The notes: generated from the sequence alone by a model not told the origin. DNA of 64,000 nucleotides from an uncultured bacterium (GCA_963777505.1 CAVZQN010000004.1:1632001-1696000), one strand, 5' to 3'. Counted from the first letter of the stretch, positions 46,899 to 57,870 are shown. A program made the numbers and translations.

Positions 46899-49800
46899 TC
46901 AATCACCAAGCGCTGAGGCCTTTTCATGAAGTTTAGGTTGGTTCTCTCGATTCCATTGATTTCGAACGGCTGTCAAATCCGGCACCGGTATTACACCATG
47001 CTTTAATTTGCGGACCATTTGTTCAACAACCAATGTAATCAAACGATAGGCCTCGTTACGCGGCATACCTTCCACGAATTTCTCAAGCGCTTCATGCGAT
47101 AAATAGGGCCCAATGATAGCTTTTACCTTTTTCTTTTTGGGAAGCTTTGATCCCTTTGGCATCGCATCATAAGTTCCACTAAGATGTATCGGCAAAATTC
47201 CACGTTTAGCGCGAAGCGCAAGGTAACCAAGGCTTGATTTGAATTCCGTAATCTGACCAGATGACGATCGCGTACCTTCCGGAAAAATCAGCAAATTAAA
47301 GCCTTTTTGTAGTGTTTGAACGGCGAGCTTTAAGGATTCGTGAATCGAACCTTCACGTTCCATCGGAATCAAATTCGTAAAATTTTCAAAGAAGGTTCGC
47401 TTTATTTTGTTGCTGAAAAAGTAATCTTTTGCAGCAAGCGCAGCCAGATTTTTTCCAGCATCCCCTAACGCTTTCTTGACAAGTCCTGTATCAAGATGTG
47501 AGCTGTGATTTGGAGCAACTATAAAATTTGTGTGAACGGGAATGTGTTGAGTTCCGCTGATTTCTGCTTTTAAGTATGAATCGTAAAAGACTTCATTCGC
47601 CCAATCCAGTGCAGCGCCGCCGGCTTCACCGATGATTCCAGGAAGGGATATTTCTTTTTCTTTCTGCGTTTCTTCTGCGATTGAGCGCTTTGCAACTGCA
47701 TGAGTTCGGGATGAAACGTGAAGGAAATCGGCAAGCTGTCTGACTGAAGTAATTGAACCAAGAGCTTCAAAAGATGGCAGCGTCCGGCCTGAATGTTCGA
47801 TTGCAGCGCCAAGCTCAGAATACATAAGACTGTCAAATCCAAGTTCATCGAATGTAGTATCACGGTGAATTTCTTCGATCGGTCTTCCACAAACAGAACT
47901 GATAATTTCTGTTAGTACCTGGAATTCGGAAGAAGCTGGCAGCTCAATCGGTGCAGCTGTGCCTTTCGCATGCAGGTCTTGAAGGATTCGGATCACCTCT
48001 CTGCGTTTTACTTTTCGAGTTCCGGTGCGCGGGAGATCCTCATCTTGAAATTCCAATGTGCTGACGCGTTTCCATACTGGAAGTCCCGAGGCGATGCGTC
48101 GAAAATGTTCTTCGATTCTTGTGCGCAGTTGAACGTGCGTCAGCGATTCATCATATGCATGGTCAGGGACAACAAGACACGCGATCCTTTCCCCGTTGTG
48201 ATCTGGCAAGCCAACAATACTCAGTTCTTTAATGTAAGGCGAATCGCGATACAAGTCTTCAATCTCATCCGGATAAATATTTTTACCACTTGGACCCAGA
48301 ATTAAATCTTTCGATCGTCCGACCAGGAATAAATTTCCATCTTCATCGATATAACCAAGATCACCGGTATGTAACCAGCCATCGATAATTGTTGAATTCG
48401 TGGCACTTTTGTTTTGATAATAGCCCGCCATGATATTTGGACCGCGCGCAATCACTTCACCGATCCCTTTTTCATTTGAATTGATGACTTTAATCTCAAC
48501 GCCAGGCAGGGCAGTTCCAACGCTTCCAATTTTTGGCTTTGACCCAGGGCGTGTGACTGAAAGAACAGGTGAACTTTCTGTAAGGCCATAGCCTTCATTC
48601 AAAGAAAATCCAAGGCCATAAAATGTTTCATAAGTCTTTTCAGAAAGTGCAGAACCGCCGCTGATTAAGAAACGGATCTTTCCACCAAGCCCATGATGAA
48701 CAGGGAAGAACAGGAATGGCCCAACATTCAATGAGGTTTTTTCGCGGACCCAATGGTTGATACTGATCAAAGATTTAACAAAACCCTCGAGCTTTTTAGA
48801 TTTATCTCCAAAACGATTTAAGATCCGCCGCTTCAATAGATCCCAAAGTGCCGGCACTCCAACAACCATCGTTACGTGACTATTTTTGAAAGCATCTGAA
48901 ATGGAATCGGATGTGAGTTCTTCCAGATATGTTATCTGCGAGCCGCGGCTGAAAGGCAGCAAAAATCCTGTAGAAAATTCAAACGTATGATGCAATGGCA
49001 GAATGCTAAGGAAGCCATCTTCGTGTGTAACATCATAAACTTTGAGCAACTGAGACATCATGCTGGTCAAATTCTTTTGGGTTAGCATGACACCTTTCGG
49101 ATTCCCGGTTGTACCCGAAGTAAATATTAAGGAGGCAATGGCGCCTGGTTTCGCTTTCGGCAATTGAGCAATTGCTTCATTTTCTTTTTCTTCATTATCC
49201 AGTTTAAAAATATCCTCAAATGTCCAAAGCTTAACTTCGAGATTTAAGTCTTGGAGCTTCTTCTCAAGTTTTGGATGTTTGCGGCGAATTTTTTCGCTAT
49301 GCACGAAGGCTTTCGCATTGCCGGCTCGCAACAGATTCACGATTTCATCCGTTGTGAGATCTTTGTCCATCGGAATACAAGTTGAACCAGCCCGGACGAC
49401 TCCCAAATAAGTGATTCCCCATTCGGGAGAGTTTTCGCCAATCAACGCAACATGATCCTCAGGTTTAATTTCGTGATTGTGCAAGAAGGCTGCAGCGCGA
49501 AGAACTAATTCGCGCAAATCACGGTACGTATATTCTTCAAGCTTGCCTTTGCGTTCCATCCGCATCGCAACGCGTTCTGCATGAAGCTTTGTAACCGAAT
49601 CGAATAATTCAGTAAGAGTTCGATATGTATAAACGCGCTTGGGTTTTGGCTTTCCGATTTCTTCCATTTTCGGAAATACCCATCGATTCAGACCAGGGAA
49701 GTGTACTTTTAACCAATAGTGATACCAGTCAAGCGTTTCAGGAGCCCAGGTTAAAATTCTGCGATCTTCTTCCGGTAGACGTTCAAAGAGAGCCCGAACG

Positions 49801-51278
49801 TTGTCGGCACGAAAATACAATTCATTCAATACTGTAAAGGGTCTGAATTGTTCGTAAGCTTCCAGGCCTTCGCTTATGAATGCTTCTGCATGATCTGCAG
49901 CTTTTTTGATTTGAGTCTTTAATCCGCTGAGAACTCCATACGATTTTGATTTTTCCAGAGTTTCCGAAATACTTTGCGCAGCATCGCGAACTCTTGGCAC
50001 AATTTTCCGGAATGGTGCATCACCAATAGCTCGTGCTTCCATTCGCGCCGCAATTGCATTCAAAAAACTGTTTCCAGTTTTTTTGTCTTGAAAATAGGAA
50101 CGTTTATAAAGTCCGAGCAAAGTGACAATCCTTCGAAGTTTTATCGGATTGCTGTCGCCTGAACAAAGTTGATAGACAAGCCGCGGTTCTTCAACAATCG
50201 TCTGTGAAGATACAGTTAGAATTGCCGATGCGACATGATCAACTGGAATGATGTCAAGAATTACATCTTGATTCAGTGGATAAAGGCTCTGTCCGTTCAG
50301 TGCAAATAGAATCAACGGTGCGGTTGTGTTAAAGCCTTCATTCCAACCTGGAAACGGATATGAAACTGAACTTTCAACAATAGCCGGACGGATAATTGCG
50401 CGTGCGATACCAGTTTCGGCAGCAATCAACTGTTCTGCCATACTTTTGGTGTAGGTATAGATATTGGGCCAGCCCCACCATTGAGCGCGTTGCAATCCAA
50501 GATCACTCATTTTATTACGGATCCAATCTTTGCGTTCGCGCGCAGCAGCAAGACTCAATGTATTCCCTTCATCAGGATCGCGTCCTTCTTCGATCAAACG
50601 CTTTCGGGCAATTGTCCGGAATTCAGCGTTCAAAGTTGCGTCAGTGGCTTCATCCACAACGTTGCGCGTCAGACGTTCGGAATCTTTTAATTCTTGTTCT
50701 ACTGAAAACTCCGCATCTTTCATCTCATCGCGTCTTGGAAAATAGCCGATGACAGGATCATCTTCCCAAATTTGACCTGAGCGGTTGCCTGCTACAAAAC
50801 ATGTGCTTGTATGAACAAATGCGGGACGCTTCATTCGCTTTACGAAAGCGATCAGATTCTTGGTCCCGGTAACATTTGTTTTCATCGCAGTTTCAAGTGG
50901 AGGGTTGAAACTGACATTTCCTGAAGAATTCAAAACAAGATCGATATCGTTTGCGATTTGTTGAGCTTGTTCTTCTGTGTAGCCAAGATTGTCATGCGTA
51001 ATATCTCCGCCAACGATGACTAGTTTTTCGCGCAAATAATCATGAACACGCTCTCCATGACGTTCACGTACTGGATCAAATGCGGGGGAAGTAAAGACAT
51101 TGTTCCAAAATCGTTCTTCGCTGTCATCGCCTGAACCGGCGCGTACCATTAAGTAGATTTTGCCAATATCAGGAAATCTCTCGAGGAGCATGCTGAGCGT
51201 TACCTTGCCCAGGAAGCCTGTTCCACCAATAAAGAAAATATTTCGGCCGCGGAATATTTCGGGGGGAGAAATTCGCAT
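46899..51278 (-). CDS. elbD: Multifunctional fatty acyl reductase - acyl-CoA/AMP ligase - ACP - acyltransferase (ElbD-like ether lipid enzyme)
   Basis: FAR: GGTGFLGK, WPNIYTYTK, PFPGW.EG. AMP ligase: FTSGTTGNPKG, GYGLTE, TGDLG. ACP: LGFDSL. PlsC-like: NHSSHLD, FPEGTRS. Confidence 0.85.
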   Translation of the reverse strand: MRISPPEIFRGRNIFFIGGTGFLGKVTLSMLLERFPDIGKIYLMVRAGSGDDSEERFWNNVFTSPAFDPVRERHGERVHDYLREKLVIVGGDITHDNLGYTEEQAQQIANDIDLVLNSSGNVSFNPPLETAMKTNVTGTKNLIAFVKRMKRPAFVHTSTCFVAGNRSGQIWEDDPVIGYFPRRDEMKDAEFSVEQELKDSERLTRNVVDEATDATLNAEFRTIARKRLIEEGRDPDEGNTLSLAAARERKDWIRNKMSDLGLQRAQWWGWPNIYTYTKSMAEQLIAAETGIARAIIRPAIVESSVSYPFPGWNEGFNTTAPLILFALNGQSLYPLNQDVILDIIPVDHVASAILTVSSQTIVEEPRLVYQLCSGDSNPIKLRRIVTLLGLYKRSYFQDKKTGNSFLNAIAARMEARAIGDAPFRKIVPRVRDAAQSISETLEKSKSYGVLSGLKTQIKKAADHAEAFISEGLEAYEQFRPFTVLNELYFRADNVRALFERLPEEDRRILTWAPETLDWYHYWLKVHFPGLNRWVFPKMEEIGKPKPKRVYTYRTLTELFDSVTKLHAERVAMRMERKGKLEEYTYRDLRELVLRAAAFLHNHEIKPEDHVALIGENSPEWGITYLGVVRAGSTCIPMDKDLTTDEIVNLLRAGNAKAFVHSEKIRRKHPKLEKKLQDLNLEVKLWTFEDIFKLDNEEKENEAIAQLPKAKPGAIASLIFTSGTTGNPKGVMLTQKNLTSMMSQLLKVYDVTHEDGFLSILPLHHTFEFSTGFLLPFSRGSQITYLEELTSDSISDAFKNSHVTMVVGVPALWDLLKRRILNRFGDKSKKLEGFVKSLISINHWVREKTSLNVGPFLFFPVHHGLGGKIRFLISGGSALSEKTYETFYGLGFSLNEGYGLTESSPVLSVTRPGSKPKIGSVGTALPGVEIKVINSNEKGIGEVIARGPNIMAGYYQNKSATNSTIIDGWLHTGDLGYIDEDGNLFLVGRSKDLILGPSGKNIYPDEIEDLYRDSPYIKELSIVGLPDHNGERIACLVVPDHAYDESLTHVQLRTRIEEHFRRIASGLPVWKRVSTLEFQDEDLPRTGTRKVKRREVIRILQDLHAKGTAAPIELPASSEFQVLTEIISSVCGRPIEEIHRDTTFDELGFDSLMYSELGAAIEHSGRTLPSFEALGSITSVRQLADFLHVSSRTHAVAKRSIAEETQKEKEISLPGIIGEAGGAALDWANEVFYDSYLKAEISGTQHIPVHTNFIVAPNHSSHLDTGLVKKALGDAGKNLAALAAKDYFFSNKIKRTFFENFTNLIPMEREGSIHESLKLAVQTLQKGFNLLIFPEGTRSSSGQITEFKSSLGYLALRAKRGILPIHLSGTYDAMPKGSKLPKKKKVKAIIGPYLSHEALEKFVEGMPRNEAYRLITLVVEQMVRKLKHGVIPVPDLTAVRNQWNRENQPKLHEKASALGD

Positions 51279-51335
51279 GCCAGAAATTATAGTGGATAGC
51301 GTCTTAAACCTCAAAGTATGGGCAGCTAGCCCTCG

Positions 51336-53555
51336 TTAATTGGCTGGGAGCTCTGCGTAAAATGTGGCACCAAAATCGGGATTATTCTCAACCCAAAGTA
51401 CACCGTCATGCGCTTCCATAATTGTGCGCGAAATGCAAAGTCCCATGCCCAAACCGTCTCTTTTCGTCGTAAAAAACGGCTCGAACAATTTTGGGATCTG
51501 ATCTGTTGGAATTCCGGGCCCCGAGTCTGAAACTGCGATTATCACACTCCCTTTACTACTATTTCCTGTTCGAACTCTCAGTTGCCGCGCGGTTTCGGGC
51601 AGAGTTGCCATTGCGTCAAAACCATTGAGAACCAAATTCATAACAACTTGTTGTAAGTGAACACGATCTCCGGGAATGGGTGGTAAATTCCGTTCTGGTT
51701 CAAAACTCATTGCGATTCTTCGAGTCATTGCTTCCGCATTCATCAGCCGCAGTATTTCTTCCACAACATGGTTCAGATCAAGTGGCTTTCGCACAACCTC
51801 GTGGTACTCCAGAAAACTTCGCATTTTCTGAATGATGTCTCTTGCACGCAGATCATCTTTTCGGATATCAGAAAGGATATCCTTAACCTCATGGATTGCT
51901 GGCGGGTCGTTGTTCAGAAACAACTCCGCAGCCTCCGCGTTGCTGAGGATCGCTGTCAGCGGCTGCTTCAGCTCATGAGCAACGGAGACGGAGAATTCTC
52001 CCATCGATCTTACACGAGTGATATGAGCCAATTCTTCGCGATGCCGTAAGTTCTCCAATTCAGCATCTATCCTTTCAGTGATATCGATCCAGGAGCCGAT
52101 AAATCCAGCGAACTCATGTTGTGGGCTAAATAACGGAATACCAGAATCGAGTACCCAACGATACTGACCATCATGACGTTTGATGCGGAATTCCTTGGTG
52201 TAAGGTCGACGCTCATTGAAAGAAGTTTGATAGATGGAGTTGCATCGCTGGAAATCATCGGGATGGATATTCTGTCTCCAACCAAAATTTGTTTGCTCAA
52301 GGGTGTGTCCCACGAAATTGAGTAACCGTTGATTACACCAGGTAGTTAGTTTGTCGACACCTGACATCCAGATCATAACAGGGGCTGTATCGGCCAATGT
52401 TCGAAAACGTGACTCGCTTTCGCGGAGTTGAGCTTCTATTTTTCTGCGGCGTGATCGCTGCATAATCAAACGGCCTATCATGAATGACTGCAATGCAATA
52501 ATACCGATCGCACCAATTATGTAGTGTTTGTATTGGTTCCATAATGAAGGCTGACGAAAACGAATGGTAGATCCTGCCGGAAGCTGGCTCTGATTGAGGT
52601 TCCAACGTTTCATCTGGCGCCAATCAAGCAGGGTTTCACTGGCTCCATATTCAAACAAAGGAAGGTTCGCAGTGCTTGTTCCGTCCAAAATCTTCAATGT
52701 GATTTTAGCGACTTCCTCACCTTGAGAGTTCAGACTATAGAGCCGTCCTCCAACAATTCCTCGCCCCAAATATTGATCGACAAAACCATATACCGGCGCA
52801 TTCGAAGCAGCTGAAATCTGTTCGATAACCTTATGGGGGATAAATGGTACTCCAGCGCCATCTTGAAACATCGTTGTGTACAGAACTACAGTTTGCGGCG
52901 GCAACTGCGAGAGTTTTGTCAACAATTCCTTCAGGGGCAAATTCGTCATGTAGTTGAACTTGAGTTGATTTTGGTAGCCTTCAAATTCATTTTTAGCATC
53001 TTCAACCAATTGCTTATCAAACTTCGATGAGCCTCCAACAACTACGACATTTTTCGTTTCAGGATGCAGTTTGAGAGCGAGTTCCAATGTCGGAGCAAAT
53101 TCCCGTTTCAAAAGAATACCTGTTACATGAGGCGGTAAGCTTCGGTTGCCGAATTCTCTTCGATCGATCCCACAGAAAACAATTGGTGTTCCAGGAAAAA
53201 TCGTTTCACCAGAATTGAGAAGAAAGTTCAATGAAGGACCCAGCATTGCGACAACTACATCGACTTTTTTATGTGCGTATTTTGTGCGCAGGTAATCCCG
53301 CATAAATGGCAGGTAATTGTCGTTTGTTCCAAATCGCGAGAGGTCAAGAGTTTCGCGATATACATCGATGGAATATTTAGAATTGTCCGTCAATTTGCGG
53401 ACGAAGCTGGCATCCATCATTGACAAGCCAGGTAAGTCGAGGCGTTCATCATAAATCAGCAGAACTTGCCGTGTGTCGGAAAAGGCCAGGTGAATGCAAC
53501 TGAGCCAAATGATCAGCACTGCAGAGGATAAACGCACGATGGGATAACAGCTCAT
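51336..53555 (-). CDS. Sensor histidine kinase (periplasmic binding-protein-like domain, TM, PAS, HisKA, HATPase)
   Basis: ESESRFRTLADTAPVMIW PAS, AHELKQPL, QQVVMNLV.N, DSGPG, FFTTK..GLGMGL. Confidence 0.9.
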   Translation of the reverse strand: MSCYPIVRLSSAVLIIWLSCIHLAFSDTRQVLLIYDERLDLPGLSMMDASFVRKLTDNSKYSIDVYRETLDLSRFGTNDNYLPFMRDYLRTKYAHKKVDVVVAMLGPSLNFLLNSGETIFPGTPIVFCGIDRREFGNRSLPPHVTGILLKREFAPTLELALKLHPETKNVVVVGGSSKFDKQLVEDAKNEFEGYQNQLKFNYMTNLPLKELLTKLSQLPPQTVVLYTTMFQDGAGVPFIPHKVIEQISAASNAPVYGFVDQYLGRGIVGGRLYSLNSQGEEVAKITLKILDGTSTANLPLFEYGASETLLDWRQMKRWNLNQSQLPAGSTIRFRQPSLWNQYKHYIIGAIGIIALQSFMIGRLIMQRSRRRKIEAQLRESESRFRTLADTAPVMIWMSGVDKLTTWCNQRLLNFVGHTLEQTNFGWRQNIHPDDFQRCNSIYQTSFNERRPYTKEFRIKRHDGQYRWVLDSGIPLFSPQHEFAGFIGSWIDITERIDAELENLRHREELAHITRVRSMGEFSVSVAHELKQPLTAILSNAEAAELFLNNDPPAIHEVKDILSDIRKDDLRARDIIQKMRSFLEYHEVVRKPLDLNHVVEEILRLMNAEAMTRRIAMSFEPERNLPPIPGDRVHLQQVVMNLVLNGFDAMATLPETARQLRVRTGNSSKGSVIIAVSDSGPGIPTDQIPKLFEPFFTTKRDGLGMGLCISRTIMEAHDGVLWVENNPDFGATFYAELPAN

Positions 53556-53609
53556 CTAAATAAATTTCATTATAGCGAGGAACAAAATAGGCTGCAATGA
53601 AGACCTATT

Positions 53610-54743
53610 CTAACTAATTGGTTGTAATCGAGCCTTAATTGTTTGCTGCTTGCCGTCGCGCAATATCGTTACGGTTACTTCATCTCCGACTTTGTGCTTT
53701 TCCAGTTCAGTAGCAAGATCGTCAGAGTTCTCCACTTTTGCGCTATCGACAGCAACGATAACATCGCCTATTTCAGTTTGTCCAAAAACATTCCGTTTGA
53801 TCCCGCGAAGCCCCGCTTTTTCAGCAGGACTTCCTTTTGCTACGCTTCCGATGATGACGCCTTCTATTCCGGCATTTCTTGCAACTTGATCGGAAAGGAC
53901 ATTCACTCCCAAACCAGGACGAACTATTTTTCCGTGTTGAATGAGTTGCGGAACGACAGCCTTAACACTATTCACAGGCACAGCAAAACCGATTCCTGCA
54001 TAGGCTCCGCTCGGACTTATGATGGCTGTGTTGATTCCGATTAAACGTCCGCCGCTATCTAACAATGGACCTCCGCTATTTCCAGGATTGATTGCGGCAT
54101 CGGTTTGAATCACTTCATGAATGGTGCGTTCAGTAACCGATTGAATTTCTCGCCCTAATGCGCTTACAACACCGACAGTTAAGGTTTGATCCAAACCAAA
54201 TGGATTTCCGATGGCAATCACTTTTTGGCCGGTGATCAATTTATCGGATGAGCCTACAGGAACTGGACGAAGTATGTGGGATGGCGCTTTAACACGAATG
54301 ACAGCGATATCTTTATTTGGCTCAGATCCAACAATATCAGCAGGATATGTTGATTGATCACTGAATTTCACACTGAGTGAATTTGCATTCGCAATGACAT
54401 GATAATTTGTAACGATATGTCCTTTGTTATCCCAAATGAATCCACTGCCGGAACCAAGCGGGATTTCAGTTACATCAAGCGTAAAAAAATCACGCTGAAG
54501 GGCGTTGTTTGTAATGAATACAACGGAAGGTGCAGCATTTTGAAAAACGCTGATCGTATTTTTTTCGTCCGCCAATAGTTCAGTCGTTTGAGCAAAAGTA
54601 ATCGTGGGTGTGCGAACCCCGCGATCGCTGTCACTCTGTTGCGATGGAGAAACGCGATCCATCATGGGTCGCAAAACAATAAACATGATAGCCATGCCGG
54701 CTATGATGCCAATTAGAAATGGGCGGTAACGTGAGGTTGCCAT
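53610..54743 (-). CDS. HtrA/DegS-family serine protease with one PDZ domain
   Basis: GSGF, TNYHV, IQTDAAINPGNSGGPL, C-terminal PDZ. Confidence 0.93.
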   Translation of the reverse strand: MATSRYRPFLIGIIAGMAIMFIVLRPMMDRVSPSQQSDSDRGVRTPTITFAQTTELLADEKNTISVFQNAAPSVVFITNNALQRDFFTLDVTEIPLGSGSGFIWDNKGHIVTNYHVIANANSLSVKFSDQSTYPADIVGSEPNKDIAVIRVKAPSHILRPVPVGSSDKLITGQKVIAIGNPFGLDQTLTVGVVSALGREIQSVTERTIHEVIQTDAAINPGNSGGPLLDSGGRLIGINTAIISPSGAYAGIGFAVPVNSVKAVVPQLIQHGKIVRPGLGVNVLSDQVARNAGIEGVIIGSVAKGSPAEKAGLRGIKRNVFGQTEIGDVIVAVDSAKVENSDDLATELEKHKVGDEVTVTILRDGKQQTIKARLQPIS

Positions 54744-54784
54744 AGAGAACTCCTGTGAAGATGTTCTCTATAATAAACCGCATC

Positions 54785-54863
54785 TGTGGTAGGGGCGACC
54801 CTTGTGGTCGCCCGCGTGTTCATCATCAGAGCTCGGGCGGCCACAAGGGCCGCCCCTACCACA
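54785..54863. repeat. GTAG-type REP doublet (REPIN-like)
   Basis: tgtggtaggggcgacccttgtggtcgccc and inverted gggcggccacaagggccgcccctaccaca. Confidence 0.85.
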
Positions 54864-54883
54864 AATGGCGTAAGCTGCAATCA

Positions 54884-55993
54884 TTACGTTTTTTGAATTT
54901 GAAGCGTGATTTTGTAAGTATCCTGCTGCCCTTCAAGAGGACTTAAATTGAGGACTCCTTTCCATGATTCACCGGAATCGCCTGTAAAGTTCCATTGGCT
55001 TGAATTCTGAGGCCAATCTGGTGTCTTCAAAGTCCATTTCCCATTTTCATTCAGTTTTGTTTCAAAAAACTTCCGCAATTCTACAAGACTTGATTTGGAT
55101 TTTAATTCCCATTCAGCGGACCACTGGTCATATGTTCCCTGTGTATTCAGGATTCTAATACTGCTTTGATCTGGAAGTTCAAACGAACGTGCGGAGATCC
55201 GGCGGATATATTTATCCGCAAAATTCGCCCTTGCATAAGTTGATTCAGGTTGCCAGTTATATTCCAGGTTTAAAGCTACAGCTTGCGCTCTGCCTTTTCC
55301 TTGAATTTTTGAAATCAGATAAAGTGTTGCATCGATACCGGAAGATAAACCTGCTGACGTAACAATTTTGCCATTATCTGCAAAACGTTTGTTTGAGACT
55401 ACATTCACTTTAGGAAAAGATGATTTCAGTTCCTCGATTAACCCATAGAATGTTGTCGCTTGTTTACCATCCAGGAGCCCAGCTTTTGCAAGATAGAATG
55501 CACCATTACAAACTGATAAGACATGTTGCGATGATTCAGCGCGTTTTTGGATCCATTGAATAACGTTTTTGTTTTCTAAATGCGGATCTACATTTCCACC
55601 TGGAACAAGAAGAATCTCTGCTTCAGGAGCATTCTCAAATGTGTATGCAGGTGTTACTGTCATTCCCATTGATGTTGTAATCGGGGCGGCCTTTTCTGCA
55701 ACCGTAAATGCATTTATTCCAGCCTGACCAAACACTTCATACGGCCCTGTGAAGTCGATGATCTGGACGCCTTCGAAGATAAGGATTGCCGCGCTCATCC
55801 GTTTTTCGGAAGGTGGAATATCTTTTTTCTTCACCAATTCCATCCCGCAAGCCGGACAACTGCCCGGCTCTTTATAGATCGTTTCATCATTGCCGCACGA
55901 ACAGGGACCACAAACATATTCATCAGTTTGAGCGTTTATTGAGAATAGAACAAGGCAAGAAATGATCGCAACTAAAATAATTCTTAATTTCAT
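54884..55993 (-). CDS. Secreted DJ-1/PfpI-family protein with N-terminal Cys-rich heavy-metal-binding motif
   Basis: Signal peptide, CGPCSC...PGSCPACGMELV, IDFTGPYEVF, SVCNGA..LAKAGLLDG, TSAGLSSGID. Confidence 0.85.
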   Translation of the reverse strand: MKLRIILVAIISCLVLFSINAQTDEYVCGPCSCGNDETIYKEPGSCPACGMELVKKKDIPPSEKRMSAAILIFEGVQIIDFTGPYEVFGQAGINAFTVAEKAAPITTSMGMTVTPAYTFENAPEAEILLVPGGNVDPHLENKNVIQWIQKRAESSQHVLSVCNGAFYLAKAGLLDGKQATTFYGLIEELKSSFPKVNVVSNKRFADNGKIVTSAGLSSGIDATLYLISKIQGKGRAQAVALNLEYNWQPESTYARANFADKYIRRISARSFELPDQSSIRILNTQGTYDQWSAEWELKSKSSLVELRKFFETKLNENGKWTLKTPDWPQNSSQWNFTGDSGESWKGVLNLSPLEGQQDTYKITLQIQKT

Positions 55994-56017
55994 ATTTTCG
56001 ACCTCTGAAATGGAATT

Positions 56018-56846
56018 CTAAATGGTTGCTACGGTCTTCTTATTGGACAGAATTGCTCTGTATTTTCCAGGTGTGATGCCGAGGATCCTGCGGAAATGTC
56101 TATGCAAATGGCTTTGATCAAAAAAGCCAGTTTCCGCTGCAGTTTCTGCGATTGAAATGCCGCCGCTTAACAATTTGCGGGCCTTCTCAACACGCAAATT
56201 GCAAAGATATTCATGAGGAGTAAGACCTGTTGCTTTCGTAAATGCTCTGAGAAAATAAAATGGACTCAGCCCCGAAACATTCGCAAGTTCAGATAATTGA
56301 ATCGAACGTGAATACTTCATCTTCAAGATATTCCTTGGCTCGCATGATTGATCGCGGAGCATTCAACGAATTCTCAGGTAAAACAATGCTTTGAGCTTGC
56401 AATAGCTTTGAAAAGGCAAGCATCATTAAGCTTTCAGCGTCCAATTGATCTTGATCGTTTTGAAAAGCTTTATGCGCTTTTTCCAACAGTCGGGCAACTG
56501 AAGGATTTTCAAGCGTGACAGATTTAAATGCAATCGGACGGTTGTAATTCAACCGTTTAGAAATCCATTGCATCCATTCACCTGTGGGATGAAAACTGCG
56601 GTATGAAACAGCCGTGCCATCGGCCGAACGTCCGGTGTGCACTTCGCCGGGATGAAGCAGAAGGATGCCCCCTTTTGGCGCATGATAACTCTTGCCAGTG
56701 CATTCAAGAGCAACGTTACCTTCGATAACAACTTCAATTACAAACGTTTCATGCAGATGCCGTGGAAATTCATGATCGATGTAAGAAACTTCAACGATTT
56801 CCAAATTGCGCATGTACGGCACAATGCCAATTTTAGCTTCAAGCAT
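56018..56846 (-). CDS. AraC-family regulator (single +1 indel near 56315)
   Basis: N-domain FPRHLHE...PGEVHTG in ORF 56289-56846 and HTH GLSPFYF.R.F...TGFFDQSHL in ORF 56018-56362. The join reads EYLEDE-YSRSIQL. Confidence 0.85.
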
Positions 56847-56956
56847 TTTTCAAGAATAAGACGAATTTGGTCCTGACAAAGTTGCAGATGGATCTCTTAG
56901 GTTAATTTAAGCATCGATATCCACGCAAATAACGAATAGAGACTGCCGACAAAAAA

Positions 56957-57700
56957 TTATCTGCGGTCTTTCAGTTTGGACAGCAGACGAAGGATTTCGA
57001 TATAAAGCCAGACTAGTGTGACCATCAGTCCGAATGCACCATACCACTCCATAAACTTTGGTGCACCGTGTTCAACTCCTCGTTCGATGAAATCGAAATC
57101 GAGAACCAGATTCAAAGCCGCGATGACAACTACAAAAAGGCTGAAGCCGATGCCAAGAAGACCGCTGCTATGAATGAACCCGATGCGTATTCCAAAGAAG
57201 CCGAGCACCATTGAAACAAGATAAAGCAAGAAAATGGCTCCGGTAGCGGCTGTGACTCCAAGCTTAAAGTTTTCTGTTGCACGGATCAGCCGTGATTTGT
57301 ACGCCATCAAAAGTGCAAAAGCAGTTCCGAAAGTTAAAGCAACGGCCTGAATCACAATGCCTTTAAATTGAGCCTCATAAAAAGCCGAGATGCCTCCAAG
57401 GAATAATCCCTCTAGAAGTGCATAGATTGGCGCAGTGACAGGTGCCCATTCTTTTTTAAAGCTTGTAATAATCGCAAATACCAAACCTCCAATTGCGCCA
57501 CCAAGCATCCATGGCACAACGACTCCCGGATTCTTTGCAAGAAAAAACATCCGCCACACATAAAATGCTGAAGCCAGGGCAAGAATAAGCAGGATTCCAG
57601 TCTTGTTTACCGTGCCGTCCAAAGTCATGGCACCTTCTGTGGTTCTTAAGCCGGTGCTCTCGAAAGTCTTGGAGCTTAATGTAGGATTTCCAGTTCTCAT
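56957..57700 (-). CDS. Bax inhibitor-1/YccA-family membrane protein
   Basis: MT..GTVNKT, YALLEG.FLG.IS, NLVLDFD.IE.G...GAPK.MEWYGAFGL.VTLVWLYIEILRLL. Confidence 0.92.
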   Translation of the reverse strand: MRTGNPTLSSKTFESTGLRTTEGAMTLDGTVNKTGILLILALASAFYVWRMFFLAKNPGVVVPWMLGGAIGGLVFAIITSFKKEWAPVTAPIYALLEGLFLGGISAFYEAQFKGIVIQAVALTFGTAFALLMAYKSRLIRATENFKLGVTAATGAIFLLYLVSMVLGFFGIRIGFIHSSGLLGIGFSLFVVVIAALNLVLDFDFIERGVEHGAPKFMEWYGAFGLMVTLVWLYIEILRLLSKLKDRR

Positions 57701-57870
57701 TCATCCCTCCTGTCCGTCATAAAAGAATAGACCATTAAACAGATTTTCACCACGTAGGTGACGACGGACTTCATTTTCTTGTCATACTATATCCGTCGTA
57801 ACAATATTGCTTTAGATCTCGGAGTCGAAGTAATATTAAGCTAACACAAAAACAATTTGAGGAGAGAGAG

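Noticed and set aside
46899-51278. NRPS/PKS secondary metabolite gene
   Set aside because: No condensation or ketosynthase domain. FAR and PlsC domains indicate lipid synthesis.
57761-57799. Hairpin acgacgga...tccgtcgt as ncRNA or riboswitch
   Set aside because: Only an 8-bp stem, with no recognisable family features.
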